Shown piece after piece: positions 1 through 9,062 of a stretch of 64,000 nt of DNA. Numbering within the stretch: position 1 is the first letter of the stretch; each line of letters starts with the position of its first letter. Source of the stretch: Alphaproteobacteria bacterium (GTDB lineage Bacteria > Pseudomonadota > Alphaproteobacteria > UBA828 > JAPUJA01); contig CBDAPE010000019.1 of NCBI GenBank assembly GCA_965198325.1, forward strand, positions 335,063 through 399,062, read 5' to 3'. The notes under the pieces are model-generated. The model ran no database searches and was not told the DNA's origin. It worked only from the letters and a program-made list of their open reading frames with translations. Made by a program: the position numbers and the translations under genes.

Positions 1-1
1 C

Positions 2-90
2 TGGTGCCCGCACCTGGATTCGAACCAGGACGGCGCTTGCGCGCCAACGGATTTTAAGTCCGTTGTGTCTACCAATTCCACCATGCGGGC
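2..90 (-). tRNA. tRNA-Leu (anticodon TAA)
   Basis: Reverse complement folds as a cloverleaf: 7-bp acceptor GCCCGCA/TGCGGGC, anticodon loop CTTAAAA, long variable arm, T-loop GGTTCGAATCC, 3' CCA. Length about 89 nt. Confidence 0.85.
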
Positions 91-105
91 AACCCGGCGC
101 ACATC

Positions 106-873
106 CTAGCGGGCCGCGTCGCTGTCCTCGACGGCGTCGCTCCCAAGCCGCTCAATCAGCGTAAGCAGGTCCGTCGCCGCGGCCGCGATCCGGCCCTCGT
201 CGACACCGCGCAGGACGAGGCTCGTACCCAGCTTCTGATCACGTACGAACGGATAGCTGCCGATCTCCAAATCGGGGTAGCGCTCCTGCAACAGGCCCAA
301 CTCCTCGGCGATCTCGCCCTCCGTCAGAAACGCGGCGATAGAGCGCGCCTTGGTTGGTTGCCCGCCCGCGAGTTCGCCTTTGATGTTCTCGAACATGGCC
401 TGCATGATTTTCGGCACGCCGGCGAAGACATAGACGTTCCCGATTTTGAAACCCGGCGCCTTGCTGATCGGATTATCGATCAGGCTCGCGCCCTCGGGCG
501 TGTGGGCCATCCTGAGGCGCGCTTCGTTGAGTTGATCGTCCGTGTAGTGCTCCTTCATCCGGGCGACCGCCTCCGCGTTCAGGATGAGCGGGACCGAGAA
601 CGCCGCAGCGATGGACGCTGCTGTGATATCGTCGTGGGTCGGGCCGATCCCGCCGGTCGTAAAGACATAATCGTGGCCCGCGCGAAGCTCGTTGACCGCG
701 GCGACAATCGGCTCTTTCAGGTCGGGTACAATGCGCACTTCGCGCAACCGGATCCCCTGCTCGTTCAGCCGCATCCCGATATAGGTCAGGTTGGCGTCGG
801 CCGTCCGCCCCGAGAGAATCTCATTACCGATGATCACGAGCGCGGCGGTAACGATGGCGGTCGAATCGGGCAT
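106..873 (-). CDS. CinA-like / molybdopterin-binding (MoCF biosynthesis domain) protein
   Basis: ORF 106..1218; start trimmed to Met116 (MPDSTAIVTAALVIIGNEILSGRTAD...). The GNEILSG and TTGGIGPTHDDIT motifs are typical of the CinA N-terminal/MoaB-MogA fold. Confidence 0.7.
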   Translation of the reverse strand: MPDSTAIVTAALVIIGNEILSGRTADANLTYIGMRLNEQGIRLREVRIVPDLKEPIVAAVNELRAGHDYVFTTGGIGPTHDDITAASIAAAFSVPLILNAEAVARMKEHYTDDQLNEARLRMAHTPEGASLIDNPISKAPGFKIGNVYVFAGVPKIMQAMFENIKGELAGGQPTKARSIAAFLTEGEIAEELGLLQERYPDLEIGSYPFVRDQKLGTSLVLRGVDEGRIAAAATDLLTLIERLGSDAVEDSDAAR

Positions 874-1034
874 GGCGTTCCACAGGGCTCGCAAGATGAG
901 CGTCGAAGTGTAGCCCATCGAACGCGCGCCGCCCATAGGGCCGGGGTTGGCACCGGGCGAGCGGGCCCAATCAAGGCACGCCGGCGGGCACCTGGTGCAT
1001 TGCCAGCCACAGGCCCGCCCGCTAGCGTGACGCG

Positions 1035-1751
1035 ATGAAGTTTCCCGAACCGCTCCTCCGGGCGAGCTTGGTTGCGCGCTACAAGCGTTTCTTGAGCGAC
1101 CACCGCCTCCAATCGGGTGAAATCGTGACGGCGCACTGCCCCAACCCCGGGGCCATGACCGGACTCGACGAGACCGGCGGCCAAACCTGGCTCGCCCCGG
1201 TGGCCAGCCCGACCGCAAAGCTGCCGTTTCGCTGGGAACTCCTCCACGTCGGCAAGGGCCTCGTGGGCATCAACACGAATCTCGCCAACCCGATTGCCGC
1301 CGAAGCCGTCGCGGCCGCACGCATCCCGGCGCTTGCCGGCTACGACTCGCTCCGCCGCGAGATCCCCTACGGCAAGAATTCGCGGATCGACCTGCTGCTC
1401 GAGAGCGCCGGCCGGCCGCCCTGCTATGTTGAGATCAAGAACGTTCATCTGAAGCGCCGCACCAATGCCGAATTCCCCGACGCCCCGACCAAGCGCGGCG
1501 CCAAGCACATGGCCGAGCTGGCGGCCATGGCTGAAAGCGGCGCCCGCGCTGTTGTTCTCTACGTCATCCAGCGCGAGGACTGCGAGGCGTTTTCGGTCGC
1601 GGACGACATCGATCCGGTCTACGCCGCCGCATTCGACGACGCCCGGCGGCGCGGCGTTGAAGCGCTCTGCTATTGCTGTACACTGACGATCGGCGCGGTC
1701 GAGCTGTCTCGCGCGATTCCCATCGTCGATGCGGACGGAACCAGCGGTTGA
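1035..1751 (+). CDS. sfsA: sugar fermentation stimulation protein SfsA
   Basis: 238 aa with SfsA-family hallmarks (LVARYKRF..., RIDLLLE, CYVEIKNV). Confidence 0.8.
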   Translation: MKFPEPLLRASLVARYKRFLSDHRLQSGEIVTAHCPNPGAMTGLDETGGQTWLAPVASPTAKLPFRWELLHVGKGLVGINTNLANPIAAEAVAAARIPALAGYDSLRREIPYGKNSRIDLLLESAGRPPCYVEIKNVHLKRRTNAEFPDAPTKRGAKHMAELAAMAESGARAVVLYVIQREDCEAFSVADDIDPVYAAAFDDARRRGVEALCYCCTLTIGAVELSRAIPIVDADGTSG

Positions 1752-1754
1752 GCC

Positions 1755-2582
1755 ATGCAGAATCTCGATAACGTCGAGTTGCTCGATGACACGGGACGCA
1801 CCATCAAGATTCACGGTGCGGAGGACGTCGAGGGCATGCGGCGCGCCGGTCGTTTGGCGGCGGAAATCCTCGATTTCATCACGCCCCACGTCCGCCCGGG
1901 CGTTTCTACGGGCGAACTCGACGAGCTGTGCCACAATCTCACCATAGAGCGCGGCGCGATCCCGGCGCCGCTCAACTATCGCGGCTATCCGAAGTCGATC
2001 TGCACCTCGATCAACCACGTCGTTTGCCACGGCATTCCCGATCCGGAAAAACTGCTCGAAGAAGGCGACATCATGAATATCGATGTCACGCCGATCGTCG
2101 ACGGCTGGCATGGCGATACGAGCCGTATGTTTTTCGTCGGCGACAAGATCCCGCTGAAGGCCCGCAGGCTGTGCGACGTAACCTATGAAGCCATGATGCG
2201 CGGCATCGAACAGGTTCGCTCGGGCGCGACGGTCGGCGACATCGGCCATGCGATCCAGAGTTTTGCCGAAGCCAACCGCTGTTCCGTGGTCCGGGATTTT
2301 TGCGGTCACGGCCTGGGCAAGGTGTTTCACGACGCGCCCAACATCCTTCATTTCGGACGACCCGCGACCGGCGAGATCCTGCGCGAAGGCATGTTTTTTA
2401 CGATCGAGCCGATGATCAATCTCGGCCGCTTCGATGTGAAAATTCTCAACGACGGCTGGACCGCAGTGACCAAGGACCGTATGCTTTCCGCGCAGTTCGA
2501 ACACAGCATCGGTGTTACCGCGGACGGCTACGAGATCTTCACGGCGTCGCCCACAGGCTACACCCACCCGCCATACGGCTAG
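1755..2582 (+). CDS. map: methionine aminopeptidase type I
   Basis: 275 aa. Start 4 nt after the sfsA stop. Pita-bread fold motifs: CHGIPD, MNIDVT, FCGHGLG, FTIEPM. Confidence 0.92.
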   Translation: MQNLDNVELLDDTGRTIKIHGAEDVEGMRRAGRLAAEILDFITPHVRPGVSTGELDELCHNLTIERGAIPAPLNYRGYPKSICTSINHVVCHGIPDPEKLLEEGDIMNIDVTPIVDGWHGDTSRMFFVGDKIPLKARRLCDVTYEAMMRGIEQVRSGATVGDIGHAIQSFAEANRCSVVRDFCGHGLGKVFHDAPNILHFGRPATGEILREGMFFTIEPMINLGRFDVKILNDGWTAVTKDRMLSAQFEHSIGVTADGYEIFTASPTGYTHPPYG

Positions 2583-2589
2583 CTCGCCC

Positions 2590-3270
2590 GTGAGCGACAA
2601 ACCCCACTATACCGGCCATCGGCAGCGTCTTCGGGACCGCTTCATGGCGGCCGGCGGTGGCGCGCTGCCCGATCACGAGCTGCTCGAACTGCTCCTCTTC
2701 CTCGCCCAGCCCCGGTCCGACATGAAGCCCGTCGCCAAGGCGCTCCTGAAGCGCTTCGGCGATTACGCCGCGGTGATCAGCACCGAGCCGAAGCTGCTGC
2801 GCGAAGTCGACGGCGTGGGTGATGCCGCCATCAGTGCTCTCAAGCTCGCCCAGGCCAGCGCCGAGCGCCTGCTCCGCGATCAGGCGATGGGCAAACACGT
2901 TATCGGCTCCTGGGATTCGCTGCTCGCCTATTGCCAGGCCAGCATGGCGCACGAGAAGACCGAGCAGTTTCGCATTCTGTTTTTGAACCACAAGAACACC
3001 CTGATCGCGGACGAAGTTCAGCAACGCGGCACGGTCAACCATACGCCGCTCTACCCCCGGGAAGTAATCAAGCGGGCGCTCGATCTGGGCGCTTCGGCGA
3101 TCATCATGGTTCACAACCATCCGAGTGGCGATCCCACCCCGTCGACGGCCAACGTCGAGATGACCAAAGAAGTCGTCGAGGCGGGCCGCAAACTGGGTAT
3201 CGGCGTTCACGACCACCTGATTATTGGCCGTGGTGCGCCTGCCTCTTTCAAGTCCCTGGGCTTGCTTTAG
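2590..3270 (+). CDS. radC: RadC-like JAB domain protein (UPF0758)
   Basis: GTG start in frame with ORF 2512..3270, placed after the map stop. N-terminus HYTGHRQRLRDRF..ELLELLLF and C-terminal JAB motif HNHPSGDPTPS. Confidence 0.8.
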   Translation: MSDKPHYTGHRQRLRDRFMAAGGGALPDHELLELLLFLAQPRSDMKPVAKALLKRFGDYAAVISTEPKLLREVDGVGDAAISALKLAQASAERLLRDQAMGKHVIGSWDSLLAYCQASMAHEKTEQFRILFLNHKNTLIADEVQQRGTVNHTPLYPREVIKRALDLGASAIIMVHNHPSGDPTPSTANVEMTKEVVEAGRKLGIGVHDHLIIGRGAPASFKSLGLL

Positions 3271-3322
3271 CCGGCCCCTGCGTTAGCCTTTGAGACGTGA
3301 TTCAGACGAAGGGAGATACCCG

Positions 3323-3712
3323 ATGAGCAAAACCGCCATGGACCTCGTCGCCGACGCGAACGAGGCAATCGAGACCATCGACGTCGACGACGCCCGCAAG
3401 ATCCACGGCAACGCCGACGTCATCTTCGTCGACGTGCGCGAGCCGCCCGAATTGACCCGCACGGGCACGGTTCCCGGCGCACTTGTCACACCCCGGGGCA
3501 TGCTCGAATTCGCGATCGATCCGTCTCTGCCGACCCACAACGAAGGCTTTTCGGCCGACAAGCTGTTCGTGTTCTTTTGCGGGAGCGGTGGGCGCTCGGC
3601 CCTGGCGGCCAAGACTGCCCAGGATATGGGATTGGAAAAGGTCTGCAGCATGGCCGGCGGCATCCGCGCCTGGATCGAATCCGGCGGCGAGTTGGAGACC
3701 CAGGGCGACTGA
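3323..3712 (+). CDS. single-domain rhodanese-like sulfurtransferase
   Basis: ATG at 3323 preceded by GAAGGGAGA. Rhodanese active-site loop FFCGSGGRS with catalytic Cys. About 130 aa. Confidence 0.8.
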   Translation: MSKTAMDLVADANEAIETIDVDDARKIHGNADVIFVDVREPPELTRTGTVPGALVTPRGMLEFAIDPSLPTHNEGFSADKLFVFFCGSGGRSALAAKTAQDMGLEKVCSMAGGIRAWIESGGELETQGD

Positions 3713-3719
3713 GCGCCCC

Positions 3720-3816
3720 TGGCGGAAGAGAGTGGGAGTCGAACCCACCCGGGACGCGAGCCGCGCCCCACACCGGGTTTGAAGTCCGGGCGCCCCACCG
3801 GGGACGAGCCTCTTCC
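3720..3816 (-). tRNA. selC: tRNA-Sec (selenocysteine tRNA, anticodon TCA)
   Basis: The 97-nt reverse complement has the defining Sec structure: 8-bp acceptor stem (GGAAGAGG/CTCTCTTCC), 6-bp D-stem with 4-nt loop (CGTCCC-CGGT-GGGGCG), anticodon loop CTTCAAA identical to E. coli selC, long variable arm, GGTTCGACTCC T-arm, CCA. It lies immediately downstream of selB. Confidence 0.9.
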
Positions 3817-3847
3817 GATTGCAATTTTAGAATTAACCTCCCGGCAA

Positions 3848-5776
3848 TCAAGCGACGGGGCGGCCGGGCCGGTCAGAGCCTCGATTTCGCAGCCGCCGCA
3901 CCGTATCGAGACGCTCGGTCAAACCGGTACGGTCGAAATACTCCAGCACTTCGATCGCGAGATTTCGACCGATCCCCGCCCGGTCGCGATAGGCGGCGAC
4001 GGTGAAGCGGCGATCCGGGGAGTCCATTGCGAGCGCTTCGGCGGCCGCCGCCAGATCGCGCACATGGTCCACTGAAAGAAACCGGTTTTCGGAGACTCGC
4101 GCGACCAGACCCAGGCTCTCCGCGCGTTGCAGGAACCGCCGGAGGGCCGCAGTCTCGAGGTCGAGGCTTTCGGCCAGTTCGTGGACCACCGGCGCCGCGG
4201 CGCTCGATGCAAGTTGCGGTCGGACGCGCCGCCACAGCGCCTGGTCCGGCCCAGGCAACGTCGGCTTGAAATCGGCCAGGGCGAGCCGGGCACCCATCCG
4301 CCGGATTTTGCCCGTTTCCGCCAAGGCGTCGACGACGCCCTCGATCAGGGGAATCGGCACACGCCGCTCGAGCCTGCGCCGCAAGCGGTCGACCTCGATG
4401 CCGGTTCGTTCCGGCTGTTCCTCGTGGCCACGCCCCAGCGCAGCGAGGATGGCTACCTTCAGGGCACGGCCGTGAGCAGGCGACAGGCCGTAGCGAGACG
4501 CCGCCCGATCGACGTGCACCATATCGGCCGCCCGCCACAGCGCCGCGGCGGCGGCTACCGTCAGGTTGCGCGCGCAGGCGAACCGGTTGAGATCGACCCC
4601 GTCCGGTGTCGCGACGAGCAGCGCGGCGAGAGCATCGGGGGCGCTATCGGCCGCCATGCCGGAAAGTGCCGCGAGACGGGCGTGTTTGGCCCGCCCGCGC
4701 GCGGGCGCGAACGGGTCGATGACCCGGCCGCCGCCGACGGTGTGCCGGGAGGTGCCGTCCCTGAGCACGAAGCGGTCGCCGAACAGTGCACCGATGGGGC
4801 GGTCAAGGACGAGTTGGGCGAGCCCCGTCTCTCCGGGCTCGATCGACTCGCGATCCAGCGGATGAACCCGGGCGGTCACGTGGGCCGCGCCGAGGTAGAG
4901 ATGCACGAGCGTTCTCGACCGGAGCACCCGGCGTTCTCCACCCAGCACCCGGATACATCCGTCGAGGCGCGGCGTCGGCGCGTGAGCGGGTTCGGCCACC
5001 AACCAGTCGCCACGGCCAATGTCCGTCCGGCTCAAGCCGCGCCCCGCAATATTCAGCGCACAGCGCTCGCCGGCTCTCGCCTCGGCCGCCTCCCGGTTGT
5101 TGGCGTGAATCCCCCGCACACGAACCGCAGCGCCCATCGGTGAAAGAACCAGGCTATCGCCAATCTGCGCCGTTCCCGACCAGACTGCGCCGGTTACGAC
5201 CAGCCCTGCGCCATCCAGCGTGAAGCAGCGATCGATCGCGAGGCGAAAATTGCCGCAGGGCGCTCTTGGCGCCAGCGCCGCCGCCTCGCGCTCCAGCCAC
5301 GCCCGAAGGGCCGCGATGCCTTCGCCCTGCGGGCTCGCGACGGGAAACACGGGCGCGCCGGCCAGCGGGCCCTCCCCCAGCAACGCAACCAGGGCGCCCA
5401 TCACCTTGACCCGCCTCGTCTCATCGATGCGGTCGATCTTGGTGAGTGCGACCGCTCCGCCCTCGATCCCGAGCAGCTCGAGAATCGCCAGATGCTCCGC
5501 TGTCTGCGGCATCGGCCCCTCGTCGGCGGCAATCACGAGCAGCGCCCGGTCGATTGCTCCGACCCCGGCCAGCATGGTGGCTATGAAGCGCTCGTGACCC
5601 GGCACGTCGACGAACCCCAGCATGTCCCCGCCCGCCGTCGGCTGGTAGGCAAAGCCCAGGTCGATCGACAGGCCCCGGCGCTTCTCCTCCGCCAGACGGT
5701 CCGTCTCGATCCCGGTCAGCGCGCGGACGAGCGCGGTCTTGCCGTGATCCACGTGCCCTGCCGTCGCGCCGATCAT
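3848..5776 (-). CDS. selB: selenocysteine-specific translation elongation factor SelB
   Basis: 642 aa. N-terminal GTPase (AGHVDHGKTAL, DVPGHERF, TKID), then EF-Tu-like domains and C-terminal winged-helix region. Its start overlaps the selA stop (ATGA). Confidence 0.9.
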   Translation of the reverse strand: MIGATAGHVDHGKTALVRALTGIETDRLAEEKRRGLSIDLGFAYQPTAGGDMLGFVDVPGHERFIATMLAGVGAIDRALLVIAADEGPMPQTAEHLAILELLGIEGGAVALTKIDRIDETRRVKVMGALVALLGEGPLAGAPVFPVASPQGEGIAALRAWLEREAAALAPRAPCGNFRLAIDRCFTLDGAGLVVTGAVWSGTAQIGDSLVLSPMGAAVRVRGIHANNREAAEARAGERCALNIAGRGLSRTDIGRGDWLVAEPAHAPTPRLDGCIRVLGGERRVLRSRTLVHLYLGAAHVTARVHPLDRESIEPGETGLAQLVLDRPIGALFGDRFVLRDGTSRHTVGGGRVIDPFAPARGRAKHARLAALSGMAADSAPDALAALLVATPDGVDLNRFACARNLTVAAAAALWRAADMVHVDRAASRYGLSPAHGRALKVAILAALGRGHEEQPERTGIEVDRLRRRLERRVPIPLIEGVVDALAETGKIRRMGARLALADFKPTLPGPDQALWRRVRPQLASSAAAPVVHELAESLDLETAALRRFLQRAESLGLVARVSENRFLSVDHVRDLAAAAEALAMDSPDRRFTVAAYRDRAGIGRNLAIEVLEYFDRTGLTERLDTVRRLRNRGSDRPGRPVA

Positions 5777-7190
5777 CGTGAGCCTGCGGGCTGCTCCAGG
5801 GCATCGAGCTGGCCGGCCAGCGCGTCCTCGTCGTCGAGGCCCCTGAGGTCGAACCGAAGGGCGCCGTCCTCGATCCGCCCGATCACCGGAACCGGCAAGG
5901 CGCGGAAGGCCGCCGCCAGCCGCTCGAGCGCCTTGCCGCTCCCCCGCCTGCCGGTGTTCGGGCTCAGCGCGAGCGCCACGCTTTCCAACCGGCTCGCGGG
6001 CTGGGCGCCGCTGCCCACTTGGCAGTCGGTTGCGATGATCTCGACCGCCACCCCCTCGAGCCTGGCGGCGAGCAGGGGCCCCAGGCGGCGAGCTACGGCC
6101 TCGATCTCGGACAACGGCCGGGTCATCTGGCGCAAGGCCGGCAGGCGCGCGGCCAGCCGGTCCGGATCGTCGTATAGCCGCAGCACGGCGTCGAGCGCGG
6201 CGAGGCTCAGCTTGTCCAGCCTGAGTGCCCGCTTCATGGGATTGCGGCGGAGTCTGGCGATCAGGTCCCCGCGCCCTACGATCAATCCTGCCTGGGGGCC
6301 GCCCAGCAGCTTGTCGCCGGAAAAGCTCACCAGATCGGCGCCGTGGGAAACCGCCTCGCCCGCCGTGGGTTCATGGGGCAGGCCGTAGCGCGCGAGGTCC
6401 ACGAACGCGCCGCTGCCGAGATCCACGATCAGCAGCAGCCCGTGATCGTGCGCCAGTGCTGCGAGCGACCCTTCGGGCACGGCTGCGGTAAAGCCCCGCA
6501 TCTGGAAATTGCTGAGGTGAACCCGCAGGATCAAGGCCGTGCGCGGCCCGATCGCATCGGCATAACCGGAACCATGCGTGCGGTTGGTGGTGCCACCTCG
6601 ATAAGCCGGCAGCCCGCGCGCGCCATGATGTCGGGAAGGCGGAACGAGCCGCCGATCTCGATCAGTTCGCCCCGCGAAACGATGACCTCCTTGCCCTTCG
6701 CAAGGCTGTTGAGCGCGAGCAGCAGGGCTGCTGCGTTGTTGTTCACCGCGGTCGCGGCCTCGGCCCCGGAAAACCGGCAAAGCCGCTCCTCGATATGGTC
6801 CTCGCGCTCTCCCCGCCGTCCTTTGGCGAGATCGTATTCGAGCGTCGAAGGGCCACGCGCCACCGCCGCGATTGCCGCGATCGCCTCTTCGGGCAGGCTC
6901 GCGCGGCCCAGATTAGTATGGATCAGCGTGCCCGTCAGGTTGAGCACGGGCCGCAGACTCGGCTGGCCGCGCGCGGCAAGGCAGGCGCCGACCCGTTCCC
7001 CGATCGCGCCTTCGCTGGCCTCGGGTGGATCGGCGGCCGCGTCCGCCGCCACCGTATCCCGCCAGTCGGACAGCACCGCGCGCACCGCCATGGTCGTGGC
7101 GTCGCGGCCGTGCGCCTCGATCAGCGCCTGGACGACCGGAAACCGCAGCACCCGGTCGACCGAGGGTATCGCTCGGTGCAATGAACTCAT
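5773..7190 (-). pseudogene. selA: L-seryl-tRNA(Sec) selenium transferase SelA, frame broken by a 1-nt deletion
   Basis: N-terminal part is ORF 6531..7190 (...AGCRLIEV|APPTARM*). C-terminal part is ORF 5773..6780 read one frame back (...GTTNRTHGSGYADAIGPRTALILRVHLSNFQMRGF...). Restoring one G in the GG run at about 6593-6596 (gaggtgGcacc to gaggtgGGcacc) gives the conserved SelA segment RLIEVGTTNRTH in one ~470-aa frame. Confidence 0.8.
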
Positions 7191-7474
7191 GACGCCTGCC
7201 GCCTTACCCCACTCCCGCGTGAACCAATGAAGCTAGCGCAAAATCCGATACTGTGGAAACAACCCGAACCTGCAAACCCGCGCCGGCCGCGGGCGCGACC
7301 AATGGTTATGGCCCGCGGGCAACCGCAGGGTGGGGCCAGCTCCGGGCGTGTGTCATGATCTTCGTTCAGCACCAGCGTGCGAACGGGGCGCAAGGGATAT
7401 AGGAATTTGTCCCTGCCCTCGCTCGCTCACGGAGGGGCCGGGCGCCCATTCGAGAACCAGGGGGAGACGCTGCG

Positions 7475-8464
7475 ATGTCAAAGGCACAGGTGATCCACGA
7501 ACTCGGCCCGCCCGAGGCCATGCGGTGGGAAGAGTGGGCGGTACCCGATCCGGCGACCGGCGAAGTCCGCTTGAGGCACACGGCGGTGGGCGTGAACTTC
7601 GCCGACACCTACCACCGGGGGGGCGTCTCCCATCCGGTGCGGGTGCCGGCCTGCCCGGTGGTGGTCGGGTTTGAAGGGGTCGGGGTCGTCGAGGGCGTCG
7701 GCGACGGTGTGAGCTAATTCAAGCCCGGCGATCGCGTTGCCTATGGCATCCCGCCGCTGGGCAGCTATTCCGAGGTGCGGAACTATCCCGCCGACAAGCT
7801 TCTCCATCTGCCCGACGGCCTTGATGAACGGGTTGTGGCCGCGCTCCTCATGAAGGGGATGACGGCCCATTACCTGTTACACCGGACCTACAAGGTGCAG
7901 CCCGGCGATACCATCCTGGTGCACGCCGCGGCGGGCGGCATGGGACTCATCCTGTGTCAATGGGCCAAGGCGCTCGGCGCCACGATCGTCGGCACGGTCA
8001 GCACCGAGGAAAAGGCCGAGGTCGCCCGCGCAGCGGGATGCGACTATCCGGTCGTGCGCTCCAGGGAGGATTTTGTCGCCAAGGTTCGTGAAGTCACCAA
8101 CGGTGAAGGAGCGGCCGTCGTCTATGAGGCGATTGGCAAGGACACCCTGCAACAATCGCTCGACAGCCTGCGGCTGATGGGCGTCTGTGCGGCCTATGGC
8201 CATGTCTCGGGCCCGCCCGATCCGGTCGACGTGATCCAGGACCTGGGTCGCCACGGCTCACTCTACATTACCCGGCCCGCGATCACGCACTACGTGGCCA
8301 AGCGGTCCGACCTTGAATGGACGGCCCGGGATCTCTTCAAGGCCATGGACGATGGAATTCTGGACGCGAACATCAATTACGAGTACCCGCTAAAGGACGC
8401 CGTCAAAGCCCATCAGGCACTCGAAAGCGGCACGACACTCGGCGCGACGGTTCTCATCCCCTGA
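7475..8464 (+). pseudogene. qor: quinone oxidoreductase (Qor-like, MDR/zinc-ADH superfamily) interrupted by an in-frame TAA
   Basis: ORFs 7475..7717 and 7775..8464 share a frame and together form one Qor-like protein (...GVVEGVGDGVS * FKPGDRVAYG...AAGGMGLILCQWAKALGA...). The TAA at 7715-7717 sits where Qor proteins have a sense codon before the conserved FKPGDRV. Good RBS GGGGGAGA before the ATG at 7475. Confidence 0.75.
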
Positions 8465-8518
8465 CACGGCGCCAAGCCGTCGCGGCGCTCCACAAGACTC
8501 TCGAGAAGCAAGCCTGAG

Positions 8519-8567
8519 CCGCCTGGAGCCGGACGGCACGGCAAGGTTCCGGGTCGGCTCCAGGCGG
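8519..8567. terminator. perfect 13-bp inverted repeat (CCGCCTGGAGCCG ... CGGCTCCAGGCGG) between convergent genes; candidate bidirectional terminator or REP-like hairpin
   Basis: Read directly: 13-bp arms with a 23-nt loop, lying between the qor stop (8464) and the stop of the minus-strand DUF1772 gene (8574). No U-tract, so the terminator call is tentative. Confidence 0.4.
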
Positions 8568-8573
8568 GGTGGG

Positions 8574-9062
8574 TTACGCCAGCGCGCGAACGGCCATGAC
8601 GAGCGATGCGGCCGCCGCCAGCGGCACGACTGTTCGAACGTGATTCCACGCTGTCCAGGCAGACAGGTAGCGGGTCCACAGTTCGGCCCCCGCCCCGTTG
8701 CCCGGTTTCACCGCGGCCAGCTCATTGTTGAGCGGAACGTTGAAGACGATGGTCACCAGGATACAACCGATCAGGTAAAGCAGGCCGCCTGCGACCAGAT
8801 AGATCGACCCGTGCGCTTCCCAGTTGAGGAGTCCCAGCACGCAAAGCGCGATCGAGCCCAGCGCGGTCCCGAAAAAGGCGCCGAAGAACCAGGGGTTGAT
8901 GACGACCACGTTGATCGACTGCATGGCCGCGATTCCCTGTTCGGGTGGCAGGCGGCCGAGAGCGGCCATGACGAAGGTCGAGAAGGCGAAGAAGACACCG
9001 GCGACCAGGGCGGCGCCCAACGCCGTCAAGACGGCGATTGTGCTGATCAGGATGGTGTCCAT
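8574..9062 (-). CDS. DUF1772-like small membrane protein (4 predicted TM helices)
   Basis: 162 aa, very hydrophobic with four ~20-aa apolar segments. The family call is from memory of DUF1772 anthrone-oxygenase-like proteins. Confidence 0.55.
   Translation of the reverse strand: MDTILISTIAVLTALGAALVAGVFFAFSTFVMAALGRLPPEQGIAAMQSINVVVINPWFFGAFFGTALGSIALCVLGLLNWEAHGSIYLVAGGLLYLIGCILVTIVFNVPLNNELAAVKPGNGAGAELWTRYLSAWTAWNHVRTVVPLAAAASLVMAVRALA

Noticed and set aside
358-5143. Numerous long ORFs overlapping or antisense to annotated genes (for example 358..1038+, 834..2600-, 3873..4538-, 4127..5143+)
   Set aside because: Typical high-GC stop-codon-poor alternative frames. They have Arg/Pro/Gly-rich low-complexity translations, no RBS, and lie wholly inside well-supported genes such as map, sfsA and selB.
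6531-6780. Programmed -1 ribosomal frameshift as explanation for the split selA
   Set aside because: The junction (atc gag gtg gca) lacks an X XXY YYZ slippery heptamer, and SelA is not known to use recoding. A 1-nt deletion in a G-run is more parsimonious.
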